A stretch of DNA of 64,000 bases from positions 124,001 through 188,000 of the forward strand of contig VJWM01000255.1 in NCBI GenBank assembly GCA_010909165.1. Direction: 5' to 3'. Below the pieces are notes generated by a model. It was given only the letters and a program-made list of their open reading frames with translations. It was not told the DNA's origin and ran no database searches. Of the stretch, positions 41,599 through 52,997 are shown piece after piece. A program made the position numbers and the translations under genes. The first letter of the stretch is position 1. Each line of letters starts with the position of its first letter. The stretch comes from Anthoceros angustus (lineage: Eukaryota > Plantae > Anthocerotophyta).

Positions 41599-42579
41599 AT
41601 GGCCGAGGAGACACCTCCACTGGCCAGGGCCACTTTATCTGCTCCCAGCTCCAGCACGGCAGGACACGAGAAGCGGCGGAGATCTCGAAATTGGGAATGT
41701 CACGAGGTTTTCTTACTGGTCCAGGCCAAGAAAACGGAGTGTGAACAGTATGAGGCGAGTGGCAAGAAGTATGAGTCTTCCTCTGGGAAGTGGGGGAAGA
41801 TAGTGGAGTGCCTCCAGGACCATGGGATTACGGATAGAGATGTGGATATGTGCCGGAGCAAATGGGATAACCTCTTGTCGGATTACAAGAGCATCAAGGA
41901 TTACCAGAAGTCGTGTGAGAATCCTTCGTACCAGACTCTGAAGAAGGAGGAGAAGAAGTTGCATAAATTGCCTCCGTCTTTTGATCCTGAAATTCTGGCC
42001 TTGTTGGATAGCTTTCAGGGCAAGCGATCGAGCCACAACTTCCCATACATGCTCGATTCCTCGCGTCCCAAGCCGAGTGATGCTGCCGTCCCGAGACTGC
42101 TTTCTGTGGTCCCTCAGAAACTGATGACGATCCGGATTCCGCGACAAGCGGACACAGCTGTGATGAGGACGATGGAAAATGCTTTTCCGAGACCTGTGAC
42201 GCCCTCGTCACTCGGATCAGAGACCCAGTACGACAACGTTGTCAACACTGAGGGTCTGGACATGCACCCTATTCACCAGCTGCACAGAGACGGAGGAGAG
42301 GAGCTGCACAGAGACAGAGAAGAGGGCTTTGTTGGCAAGAAGAGGAGGAGTCAAGCGTCCTCCTCTCAGCTTCTGTCCGATTCCATCAAGGAGATGCAGG
42401 TTTCCTATGTTAACACCTTGTTATCAATGGAAGAGAAGAAGGATGACCGGCAGAACAAGGTGCTGGAGCTTGAGAGAGAGCGAATCAATATCGAAAGGGA
42501 AGATCGGAAAGAATTGATTGCGGTCCTGGGAGCCCTATCTGAAGCATTCGACAAGATTGCCAACACCATGACCTCGTAG
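41599..42579 (+). CDS. Trihelix (Myb/SANT-like) transcription factor with C-terminal coiled coil, intronless
   Basis: RSRNWECHEVFLLVQAK...KWGKIVECL...DMCRSKWDNLLSDYKSIKDY...KLPPSFD. C-terminal EERK-rich helix. Confidence 0.88.
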   Translation: MAEETPPLARATLSAPSSSTAGHEKRRRSRNWECHEVFLLVQAKKTECEQYEASGKKYESSSGKWGKIVECLQDHGITDRDVDMCRSKWDNLLSDYKSIKDYQKSCENPSYQTLKKEEKKLHKLPPSFDPEILALLDSFQGKRSSHNFPYMLDSSRPKPSDAAVPRLLSVVPQKLMTIRIPRQADTAVMRTMENAFPRPVTPSSLGSETQYDNVVNTEGLDMHPIHQLHRDGGEELHRDREEGFVGKKRRSQASSSQLLSDSIKEMQVSYVNTLLSMEEKKDDRQNKVLELERERINIEREDRKELIAVLGALSEAFDKIANTMTS

Positions 42580-43065
42580 TTGATCCTTCACAAGTGGAGA
42601 CACGCTGCAAGGCTGCCGGCCTGTCTCTCAACAGCTCAGTCCGTCTTGCAGCTACTCCTAAGTATACCGGCTGCAATTGGTCTGGAAAAGGTGTTCACTT
42701 CAACCGTCTTCACCCTCCGGCCACCTAGTCTGCAGGTATCTGTGCTGCTCACGAGAAAGGAGGAAAGTGGCAGGAGGAGGATGAGTCAATACATATCACA
42801 CCTGTGTCTTGTAGGATTATCAGAAGAACCAGGGCTGCGACAATGCCATCGACCCTGCACACACGGATCAACTCTGGAACCTATTGCAACAGAGGCAATT
42901 AGGTAGGAATTTCATAGTTGCTATCGGCGGCTGTACGTTGTACGGGCACATGTGAGAACTGGAAATCTGGGTGGCTCGGTGACCACCTATCGAACAGTGT
43001 TGGGTTGTCACAAGAAGGGAGCAGCACAGACTTTTTGGTGAACGAGAGAAGTGATAATCTGACTG

Positions 43066-43191
43066 GCTGATCATGCGGGAGGTGCTTTCATGTAGGCAGT
43101 GGCCAAACGGAAGCTGATCATGCGGGAGGTGCTTTCATGTAGGCAGTAGCCAAACGGAAGTGCTTGAGTGTAGGGGAGTGCTTGAGTGTCG
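43066..43191. repeat. ~47-bp tandem duplication plus an 18-bp duplication upstream of HMT
   Basis: GCTGATCATGCGGGAGGTGCTTTCATGTAGGCAGTRGCCAAACGGAA x2, then AGTGCTTGAGTGT x2. Confidence 0.9.
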
Positions 43192-43401
43192 GAGATCCCT
43201 ACCGAGATGAAGGACGGTGAAACGGGAACAACACCTGCCGAGATAGCACACGCGGCAGTTAGTACCTTTCCAGTGGGTGTCTGTATTCTCTGCACCTGCC
43301 CTCCTGGCGCCGCCGGGCCACGCCTTTTTGAATTAACGGGTTTGTGAGAGCCCAGCCCGCATCTCTGTCCCCTTCTCTGTCCGCTTCTGCTCGGCGACAG
43401 C

Positions 43402-44478
43402 ATGGTGACTGCGGCGACCCGTAACGCGAACGCGCTTCAGGAGCTGCTGCGCAAAGCGGGAGGCTGCGCTGTGATCGATGGCGGCCTCGCCACGCAGCTG
43501 GAGCGGCGAGGGGCGGACATCAGCGGCCCGCTCTGGAGCGCCGTCTGCTTGCTCACGATGCCGGATATCATCCGCCAGGTGCACCTGGACTACTTGGAGG
43601 CGGGAGCGGAGGTTGTGATCACGGCCTCGTACCAGGCCACGCTGCAGGGGTTTGAAGCTCGAGGGATGTCGGCTGCTGAGGGGGAGGCGCTGATGAGGCG
43701 GAGTGTGGAACTGGCGGTTGAAGCTCGTGAGAGCTTTCTTTCGAGCGCCGCTGGAGCGCGATCTTCAGGTTTTGACAGGCTTCCTTTGGTGGCTGCTTCC
43801 GTCGGGAGCTATGGCGCCTACCTGGCTGACGGCTCCGAGTACAGTGGTAACTACGGGCCTGCTGTTGCGGTGGACACGCTTAAGGACTTCCACCGCCGCA
43901 GATTGCAGGTGCTGGCGGAGGCGCAGCCCGATTTGCTGGCTCTTGAGACTATTCCTTCCAAGCTCGAAGCGCAGGCCTTGATTGAGCTGTTGGAGGAGGA
44001 AAGGTTTTCCACGCCGGCCTGGATTTCTTTCAACTCCACCGACGGTGTGCGTGTTCCTTCTGGAGACCTGTTCTCCGACTGCGCGGCCTTGGCTGAAAAA
44101 TGTGACAAGGTTGTTGCTGTTGGAATCAATTGCACTTCTCCAAGATTCATCCACGGTCTCATCTCGGCAGCGCGACAGGTCACCTCGAAACCGATTGTGG
44201 TGTATCCTAACAGTGGTGAGACTTGGGATGCCAAGGCCAGGCAGTGGCTGCCCCATTCAGGTGTATCGGATTGTGGATTTGTTGCGTATGTGGATGAGTG
44301 GAGGAACGCTGGCGCTGCTCTCATCGGGGGATGCTGCCGCACTACACCAGAAACAATTCGAGCTATTTCTGAACGAATCAGCTTGCCACAAAGTGAGATT
44401 GATCTTCGGCAAACCGCTCAACTGTATGCTCCAGTCAGTGTTATGGAATCAGACCAGGGCCAGGCTGTGAGAGTCTAG
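43402..44478 (+). CDS. HMT: Homocysteine S-methyltransferase, intronless
   Basis: VIDGGLATQLE, PLWSA, HLDYLEAGA, ITASYQAT, GSYGAYLADGSEYSG, zinc ligands GINC and IGGCCRTTP. Confidence 0.95.
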   Translation: MVTAATRNANALQELLRKAGGCAVIDGGLATQLERRGADISGPLWSAVCLLTMPDIIRQVHLDYLEAGAEVVITASYQATLQGFEARGMSAAEGEALMRRSVELAVEARESFLSSAAGARSSGFDRLPLVAASVGSYGAYLADGSEYSGNYGPAVAVDTLKDFHRRRLQVLAEAQPDLLALETIPSKLEAQALIELLEEERFSTPAWISFNSTDGVRVPSGDLFSDCAALAEKCDKVVAVGINCTSPRFIHGLISAARQVTSKPIVVYPNSGETWDAKARQWLPHSGVSDCGFVAYVDEWRNAGAALIGGCCRTTPETIRAISERISLPQSEIDLRQTAQLYAPVSVMESDQGQAVRV

Positions 44479-45621
44479 TCTGATCAATGTGTCAGGCAGA
44501 TCTTGCACCTGTGGTTGGTGGGATCGTCAAACAGAGCATGAAGTACCTCGCACAATCTGAGGAAAGTGAAGCTGTTTTTTCTTTTTTGTAGTGTAGAGAG
44601 GAAAGTGAAGCTGTACCCGCAGTTCCATGCTAAACTGTGGATGCCAAGTGCCTTAGTAAGCATCACAATACATAAGGAACATATTGAGCCGCTGGGGCTA
44701 AAGTAATACATTGCACCATGTGGTACTGGGCTTCCTTTTTTGTTCTACTGTACGTATTAGGATATCATATATGTGAGTACCTTATCAGACTCTGTGGTGT
44801 GATCTGTATATAAGGGGCTGGAAAGGTAGTGCGGAGAATGGACACACTTTTTTAAGAGCTTGCTTGTTAAGGATCTGCGCTTCTACCGGGACTTGGATGG
44901 GGTGCCTAGAGTGAGTGGATGCCTTGGTGTTAAGTAGCTTAGACACACCATGGTACAAGTTAAGTGCCACCTTCCATGATAGAAAAATTCCATCCAAGTG
45001 GACTAAAATAGACTTTTCTTCTTCTACTGTGGATTCCTGTCTTGGGTTCTACAAGTATACTAGTGATTTGATCGATTTCTTCTCCTCGTATTATGTGCCT
45101 GAATGGAAACTCGTCTTTCTCTTCCGTTGCACCAACTCGAGTGACGAGCTAAGCGTTGACCCTCGCTGCCATCTCGGAGTCTCGGCTCACAAATATGGAG
45201 ATCCCTGGATGATCAATGGCAGCTTAGGAGATTGCTAACTATTCACATGCTGCTCCACTATTCCTGACTAGTAGGTACCACTATGAACGGAGTGTGTCGC
45301 TCAGAGACCTTTTGCTGGCCAACGCTGGAGCTCCGTACTACCAGGCCCTCGCCAGTAGGCAATCGCGAGTTCAAGACTCCTCTTTAATTTTTCTCAAAAT
45401 TCCACAATTCATGGTTTACAACCGTGCCACGCAGAGCACAAGCGCTATATATCTACATACAGAACTCCCATGCCGGGGAAACTAAACCATTAAATTTAGT
45501 TTTCTCTGACCGCCCAGTTAGGTTATTCCTTCCTTTCCGGGTGCTAACGGATATTCCATCCTTCCTAAAGGGTGTGAGCTACTCAGAGCCACATTTTCCC
45601 ATCCTACATTTCCCAACACAA

Positions 45622-48600
45622 TCAACCCTCCATATCTGCGTCATTTGAGATAGGGTCCATCCGAGGGGCCGGTTTCGCCATATCTACGTCATTTAGGATA
45701 GGGTCCACCCGGGGAACCGGTTTCGGAAAACCCAACTCGCAAGCCAGAGCAAGATGGTCACTTCCCCATTTCTGCAATACGCAGGCGAAAGGCAGCTTGT
45801 CAACCGGTAAGTACACAGAAAGGAATACTAGCCCCGTGCAGAAAAGAGGAGGACGAATTAGTACCGTTGTGGGCAACCCTCTACTGCGCTGCAAAACATG
45901 CATAGGTAAGGTATCGAGAACGCGCAACGCTTGTAGTCCGTCGGTATGCCTGCAAAAAGAAATAAGAATCACTAACAAAACTATTGATTATACCAACCGT
46001 AGTCTATCCGTCATCGACGCTACACTGTATTTGCTAAGAACAAAATAGTACCAGATGTAGTCCACAGTGCCCACAAACATCTGATGAAATGATGTCGCCA
46101 ATGGCTCCCTAGTCGCATCCCGGCTTCCTGCCTCGGCCTGAAGCAAATTGGGCATGAAAACATGAGAACGAATGACTTCTGGGATCACCTGAATTAAATC
46201 TCTGGGGCATGTCTCTCGTGCTTACCTCAATTTCTGAATACGCACTACGCAGCCTTAGTTTGTGCCGGACTGTTTGCGACTCTTCACTGCCAGTTGCAGC
46301 TTTCAACTCCTCCGGGCTCCAGCCACATTGTTTGTCTTTGACCTTAACGGCCGTCTCCACGGAGCTGACTGTTACATTCGCATAGGCTTCATCCGGGCCC
46401 TTGTTCTCCACGGAAGTAACACTGCTGACAATTTGCTGCTCAGAAATCACCTGCGGATTTCCGTTCAATGTCTCTCCCATCGTCACATCTAATGCTGAGT
46501 TACTGCTCTCCGCAAGACTGACTTGAGAGGTCTTCGTATTTCTACAAGAAGCCAGCAACCACACCCTCTATGAGCACAAGCAGCCTCCATGTACATGAGC
46601 ACCGCACTGAAGCTGCGTGTACAAGTTACTTACGGATTTCTCCACGTAAAATGTGAAGGTTCACTAGACCCTGAAGCTTCAACCTGCCCTGAAATGCGTC
46701 TCCTATCTTGCTTTGAAAGATCAAGCTGCCAAGAAAATCCAACACAGATCACTACACGGCACGATGCAGAATCAAAAGTTGAAAGATGTAAAATAGTAAA
46801 AGTTATTGGATATTCTAGGGTGAAAGCAACGGCTTTTGTCTCACCTCAGAATTAGATAAGAATTGATACAGTGGGCTCTGCACACAGGCGAATTGAAAAC
46901 GAAAGTTAGAACTTGCTCATTTCAAAATCTGTCAGTGTCACAGGTGATTTTCCGCCACACTCAGAATCGACACAAATAAAGCTTGAAGACGGACTAGTAC
47001 TCTATGCGTGACAACAGAGACTTCAGAAAGTGCAGATGCTGCTGGTGTCAATGCTGCTTACACTAGGAGTGCTATTGAAGTCTCCTCCAAGAACAACAGG
47101 TACCCCACCAAACTCCCTTGAAAGGGAATCAGCTCTGTCTATCAATACACGGACCTGCAAGTCAACCCAGAATCCACATTGAGCAACAAGCCCAGCTACC
47201 ACTACAGGTAAAATGAAACTGTTTAAAACAGAGCGGTTCTCATTACCTGGCCTAACTTAATATCCCCACGTTTTGGGTTGAAGAGAACATGAATATTGCC
47301 AACTAGGACACATTGTGCTTGGGCTTGAGCCTTCGGCCTGCAACGTAAAAGGAACACAGGAAACATTTGAGTACCAACACAACTGAACCGAGTTGGACTT
47401 GACTACTAGTTTATCAGACCACACCAATTCAACAAAACCATATCACAATCACAAGGAAAACCGTACCCGAGTCCAGAACTTTCGATGGCATCTCCAGTGG
47501 CAACATTTCCCACTCCCTCTGTGCCCTTTATCTCTGCGTCAGGTTTTTTAACAGCCTGCATACAGAAGACAACCAACATAGGTTCAGCCTGCATAGTAAA
47601 TCAGGGCCACAAGACGACCAAACACCAGCAGGCATTGAATTCAAAAATTATTCACAAGTATGCAAGCCACCTCAAGAAGGCACAATTGTGCCACATTGTC
47701 CCGGAGATCAAGGTCTCGAAACTCAATGCCCTCATAATGTTTCAACCGAAATCTGCAAAAAAATCACGAGACTGTAAATGCATGACGAAAAGTCCTCCAT
47801 GTCTGGCAGAAACCATGTCAACCGGCATACATACCTATTCTTCCTCCAGAAGATAGCACAGCCATCAGTAGCCTTTCCCGTACGAGCCTGCGACAGCAAC
47901 AAAGAACACTGAGCCCCATGGCGACATGAAGAAAGACTGCTACAATCAGAATGATTCGAATAATTTGATGCACACCTGGAAGACACCTTCATATCCCTTT
48001 GCCTCCAATCCCTCCTGCAAGTCTACATACCTATCCACCTCCTGCATCAAGAAACAACCTTTCACTGAGTACATTCCAAACCCCAGTCAATCACATGCTA
48101 ACTCCCACGAGAAGCTTATGAAATTTTTTTTTGAACAACTCGCACCTGCAGACAGATGATGTCTGGAGACCAAAGCCCCAATTCCTGCACGAGCTTTCTC
48201 TTGCGTCGGTTCCACTCCATAATGTAGTAAGGGATATGATTGTACAGCTCGTGCCAATGCTCCGTTGCATTATCAGCCGACAGAATGTTATACGAAACCA
48301 AAATAAATTTCTCTGGTTCACATAGACAAAGCGAACCATGTCATTCCTCCTGAGCAAAGCAGCTCAGCAATTTCGAGCAGCCCACGCAACAACGTGCCAA
48401 CCCTACTTCAATGCGACATAAAATCGCAAAGTACGTGCCAGTAGCTGTCAGCTCGTCGATAACCATCAGCTAAGCACCAACACAATCTGCCTGTTGCTAA
48501 CAACACTCAGACCATCCATGCAGAGAACTCCAACATCAGCGCCATACAAGCTAAATGGAGCAGATACGGCCTTCCGACGAAAGACTGTCATACCACTGCA

Positions 48601-49047
48601 ACTGGTAGGCTCTGGAGCATTCAGCCAATACCGGTGATCATCGGGTCCTCTCCTCAGAGGCTTAAAGGGGCGTTCCTTATCCTGAGTCCTGCGCCACGAA
48701 TTCGAGCTTCCACTCGGGTTCCAGCGCTGATGCCACGGTCTAGCTCCAGAATAAGTGTAAGGGCCGGACCTCCGCGCCTGCTGGCCATCCTCGAAGGCCG
48801 AGGCAGCAGCAACAGCCACGGCTCCACCATTCCCATTGCCATTACCGGCGACGACAGAGGCCCTGGCATCCCGCCACGTATTAGGACGCTTGGGAGGTTG
48901 AATGTCCGGTGGCATACTTGCAGCAACTCCGGCACCCGCTTCCCACATAGAGTGACCACACAGGGCCAGCAAGAAGGATCTGACAAACACGTTCCCACTC
49001 CAAGCAACGGCCACAGATTTCGGCTGAATCACCAGGCTACCAAGCAT
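45622..49047 (-). CDS. CCR4-like / ANGEL-type EEP nuclease-phosphatase
   Basis: VSYNIL, PDIICLQE, DGCAIFW, GNIHVLFNPKRGDIKLGQ, GGDFNSTP, GTVDYIW, KWGSDHLALACEL. No LRR seen. Start uncertain (ATGs at 49047, 48948, 48915). Confidence 0.9.
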
Positions 49048-50003
49048 AGAGCGGATCCCGCCACAAAACCCTAGCCAAAAAACCTCGACGTCCGGACCCC
49101 ACGCCCTCTCCCCCCGTCACCACACGGGCATATCCTCGGCAGCAGCGCCACCGGGGGAGACCGCACGCAGCTCGATCACTCCCTGGCTGAATCCTGCACC
49201 GGGGGATTCTTCCCAGCCCGATCCCCAGCCGAGATTCCTGGCAGTGCTACACGAATCCGGTCGCTCTTGTGCGAGTGTGTGTCGTCTCCAGGAGCTGATG
49301 GGCAGCCATGGGAGATGCGATGGGGCAGCTCGCAGTCAGGTCCCCGAACGGTGCGGCGACAACACCACCGTCCACGAGAGCTAGCGTGTGGATGGATGAT
49401 CAAATGGCGCCGGCAGCACGAATGAGCAGAACTGACAGCGTCGTACTTCAATCTCTCACCAGCCAGTCTTCCTCCCGACGGGGCCGGAGGCATCCGGGGC
49501 GAACCGAGTTACGGACGTCACGAACTGGGTTGGCAATTGGACCCCCTATTAATGCATCCGACTTGCTCGCCTGCCTACCCACGTAAGGACGCCGGCAGGG
49601 CGACTGGTAGCCCAGGTGTTTGGAATAAACCAAAAGGTTGCAATAAGTTATAATTTAATCGATTTGATTTTAAATCACAGCATTCATTTCGTCACATCAT
49701 TGATTTCATTTAAATTCGATTAGGGCGTATGAACGTTGTTTCATGTACATACAAAGGTAGCTGGCGGCTCGCAATGCTGGAGTGTCAGCAACAAGCTTTC
49801 ATAACACTGTGGACAAGAACGCACTCCGTTTCTTCTGATTTCGAAGGATGGGCTAGCCTTACGCTCGCGTTCAAGAACATCGGGCCACTGATTTTCATTT
49901 CATGTTACCTTATTGCAATCTTTTTTAGTAAAATTGATCAAATAATTATATTCCATGTAGAGGACTCCAACGGGACAAGATGACAGTGATCATGTACTTC
50001 GGG

Positions 50004-50332
50004 GCTTTAGAACTTACAACTTCGGGGTTTCAATATCTTACAAGAGGGGTTGTTTTTGCCCTTCAGCACCTCACAACAGTGGCCCTTTTAGCCCTTTAGA
50101 ACTTACAACCGTGGCCCTTTTTGCCCTTCAGAATCTCATAATAGCAGTCTTTTTTGCCCTTCAAAATCTTGCAATAACAGCCTTTTGTGCCCATCGTTTT
50201 TTCTCTCAATTAAACATACATTATGCCCTGTAGAACCTTACAGCAGCAGCTTTTTCTGTCCTTCAAAACCATGTAAGAACAGCCTTTTTTGCCCTTCAGA
50301 ACCTCACAACAATGGCCCTTTTCAGCCTTTTT
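50004..50332. repeat. Degenerate ~33-bp minisatellite (~9 units)
   Basis: Consensus GCCCTTCAGAACCTYACAACAGYRGCCCTTTTT. Unit starts near 50058, 50091, 50123, 50156, 50189, 50225, 50258, 50291. Confidence 0.85.
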
Positions 50333-51757
50333 GCGGGAGATAATACATGACGCGGCCCCAAAGCGCTTCGGAACATGCAAGCTGTTGAGGGCCAGGAGTA
50401 ATTGAAGGCATGTGGAACCCCATCCGAGTAGTGATTCAACCGAAGGGTTGCCTAACCACATAACTCCTGGTTATGGTTACTGTGTCACTTCTCAAGGGAA
50501 AACGATGCAATCTTGTATATAATCAACATCACCAAAAAGTGGAGATGCATAATGTATAAATATTGAATCCATCTTTTTATTACGTTTCTGTTAGAGTTTT
50601 GGAAGAATCTACCTCTTGACCTATCTACTGTTAATAATAGTCATGCCTTCCTACGTCTTATGTTGGTACCAGTCCTGCCTACCTACTAGCAAGATCGCCT
50701 TATGTTGGTATAAGTTAGATTAGGTTAAGTATTGATATGAAATCGTAATTTATATTAATTCTACAAAGTAGGTCGTCGCATGCATACGATATGATATGTC
50801 ATAAGATTTGTGCATGATATTACTTGCCAAAAATCTCAATGACTACAACAACGTTACCCTTATCCAATAATAGATTAATATACATATTTAGTTAGCATGC
50901 TTCCAATATCTTTTTGTCTTCTATACATGGATAATGCAATAGGCATGTCGAATTAGACGAACATATCTTCTACACACGGACAATGCAATAGGGATGTCAA
51001 ATTAGGAGAGCATACGTTTTTTTAGAGGAATAGTTTATTTGACATGACCTATTTATAAGACATCAAGAACAACAGTAATATTTTAGTTGAATATACATAC
51101 TTTTCTATATGTTCATGCCCTCTTTTTGCCAAATCCCCTAAAACTATGGGATTATTTGAAGAGGATGTGGATTCAAGCGCGGAGTGAATATGTGAGAAGA
51201 TCAAAGTTGCTTTAAAGTAGTTTTGATAATTTCTTTCGCATATGCGACAAGATCAAAGTTCTTTGATTTAGCTTTCAAATAGTTTTGATAATTTCTTTCG
51301 ATAAGTCCCACGACGGTCATCCATACTTCGAACCCTTGAAAATTCTTCTTTTTCTTCTCAAGTTTTAATTTAATTTTAATATTTTTATTAGCTTTTAAAT
51401 ATATAGACAATGACAACCATGTTTTGAAGCCAAGCACACATGGGGTTAAATAACAACATATCACACACTACACACCAAATCACAACATATCACACACTAC
51501 ACACCAACATTAGGCCTCGAAGTAGCTCACCATCTCCTAAGAATAACTCACATACCAGTCTTTACTCTTATTTCTACTTACTATGGAGGATAGTAGACCT
51601 CCAAGTAGCTCATTGTTTCTCGAGGTTGTTATTATTGTTTACTATTGAACAACATTAGGCCTCCAAGAATAATTTTTATTGAGGTGAAAAAACGAGGTGA
51701 AAAAACGAGGGGAGGTTGTTATTATTGTTTACTATTGAACAACATTAGGCCTCCAAG

Positions 51758-52280
51758 AATAATTTTTATTGAGGTGAAAAAACGAGGTGAAAAAACGAGG
51801 GAAAAAACGAGGGAAAAACCGAGGTGAAAAAACGAGGGAAAAAACGAGGTGAAAAAACGATTGTCCCCATCCAATAGGGGACAACCAAAGGGGACTAGGG
51901 GGTCGAGGTGGAGAGGAGCAATTGAGCTCCCTACCTAAAGTCATCTACTGCACCCACAATGTCATATGCAGGAAGAATAAACAGCGCGCAAACCACAGAG
52001 GTAGAGGAAGATGCGTCACCTACTGTCGCCGCCTTGTGGAGGCCGTTGAGAGCACCCGTTGAAGGACAATTAAGAGCGCCCGCTGAAGGGCAATTGAGAG
52101 CGCCCGTTGAAGGGCAATTGAGAGCGCCCATTGAAGGGCAATTGAAACCCGTTGTCGGAAGTATGCTGTGAAGTACGAGAGGGCAATTGAGAGCGCCCAT
52201 TGAAGGGCAATTGAAACCCGTTGTCGGAAGTATGCTGTGAAGTACGAGAGGGACAGCCCTGCGCCGTGTTTGCGCGCATG
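51758..52280 (-). mobile_element. 5'-truncated CRE-like non-LTR retrotransposon (ORF C-terminus plus 3' UTR)
   Basis: Encodes ...YFTAYFRQRVSIALQRAL..., the QR.S.ALQR end motif of RT/restriction-like-endonuclease elements. 3' UTR ends with AATAAA. 10-bp TSD GGCCTCCAAG at 51748-51757 and 52281-52290. Internal 24-bp x4 and 69-bp x2 repeats. Confidence 0.65.
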
Positions 52281-52997
52281 GGCCTCCAAGTAGCTCTGTT
52301 TACTATTGATCAACATGGTCTCTCAAAGATGAATGACAAATCAGCCACTACTCCTACCCTTTATGTACAAATAAGAATAAAATGGAGAGATGTACTAGAA
52401 AAATCAGAGAGTGCTTGTCATTTACTCATAAGGGATTGAGCACTTAGCCCTCCCCTTTCATGATCTCTTCCTCAAACTTCGTTTAACCCCGCACTTTACA
52501 TGATTTCATATGGGTTGTTCAGACAAACAACACTATGGAGGATTATAAGTGATTTGTTTGATCAATCCTTGCCATATAGATGAGGCTTTGTTCTTTCGTA
52601 AGTTATTGCTTTCATTCTCTCATAACTTATTGTTTTCTTCTCTCTCAAGTGAACTCAACTACCACTACCTAATTGTAATCTACTGATTTTAATTAATTAT
52701 TTTACATGGGTTCTTGCTCCGACCACCTATTGCAGGTCTATGAGGAATGTGTGGAGAAAAACTAGGGGTATGTATGTATATGCCCAGTATGTACCTGCGA
52801 GTTAGCATGTGGAATGTGGAAGCGCATGCAACCCTAGTGTAGGTGCCCTAATCCGCAGTGGATCCGCATTTTGAGAGGACATACTGTGCTTGCAGTCTCC
52901 TTTTGCACAAGGTCTGAAGAGAGCAAGGGCTTAGACGCCGCCGGCAAGCCGAGCGCACGTCGTCCTGGTTCGGAGAGGAGCTCGAGCTCCCGTCGCC

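Noticed and set aside
10772-44478. ACR3 plus HMT as an arsenic/selenium detoxification cluster
   Set aside because: They are 31 kb apart with many unrelated genes between, and nothing marks the HMT as a selenocysteine methyltransferase.
50004-50332. 33-bp periodic array as a CRISPR array (also 10028-10112 and 52049-52252)
   Set aside because: Units are head-to-tail with no unique spacers, no cas genes, and the context is eukaryotic.
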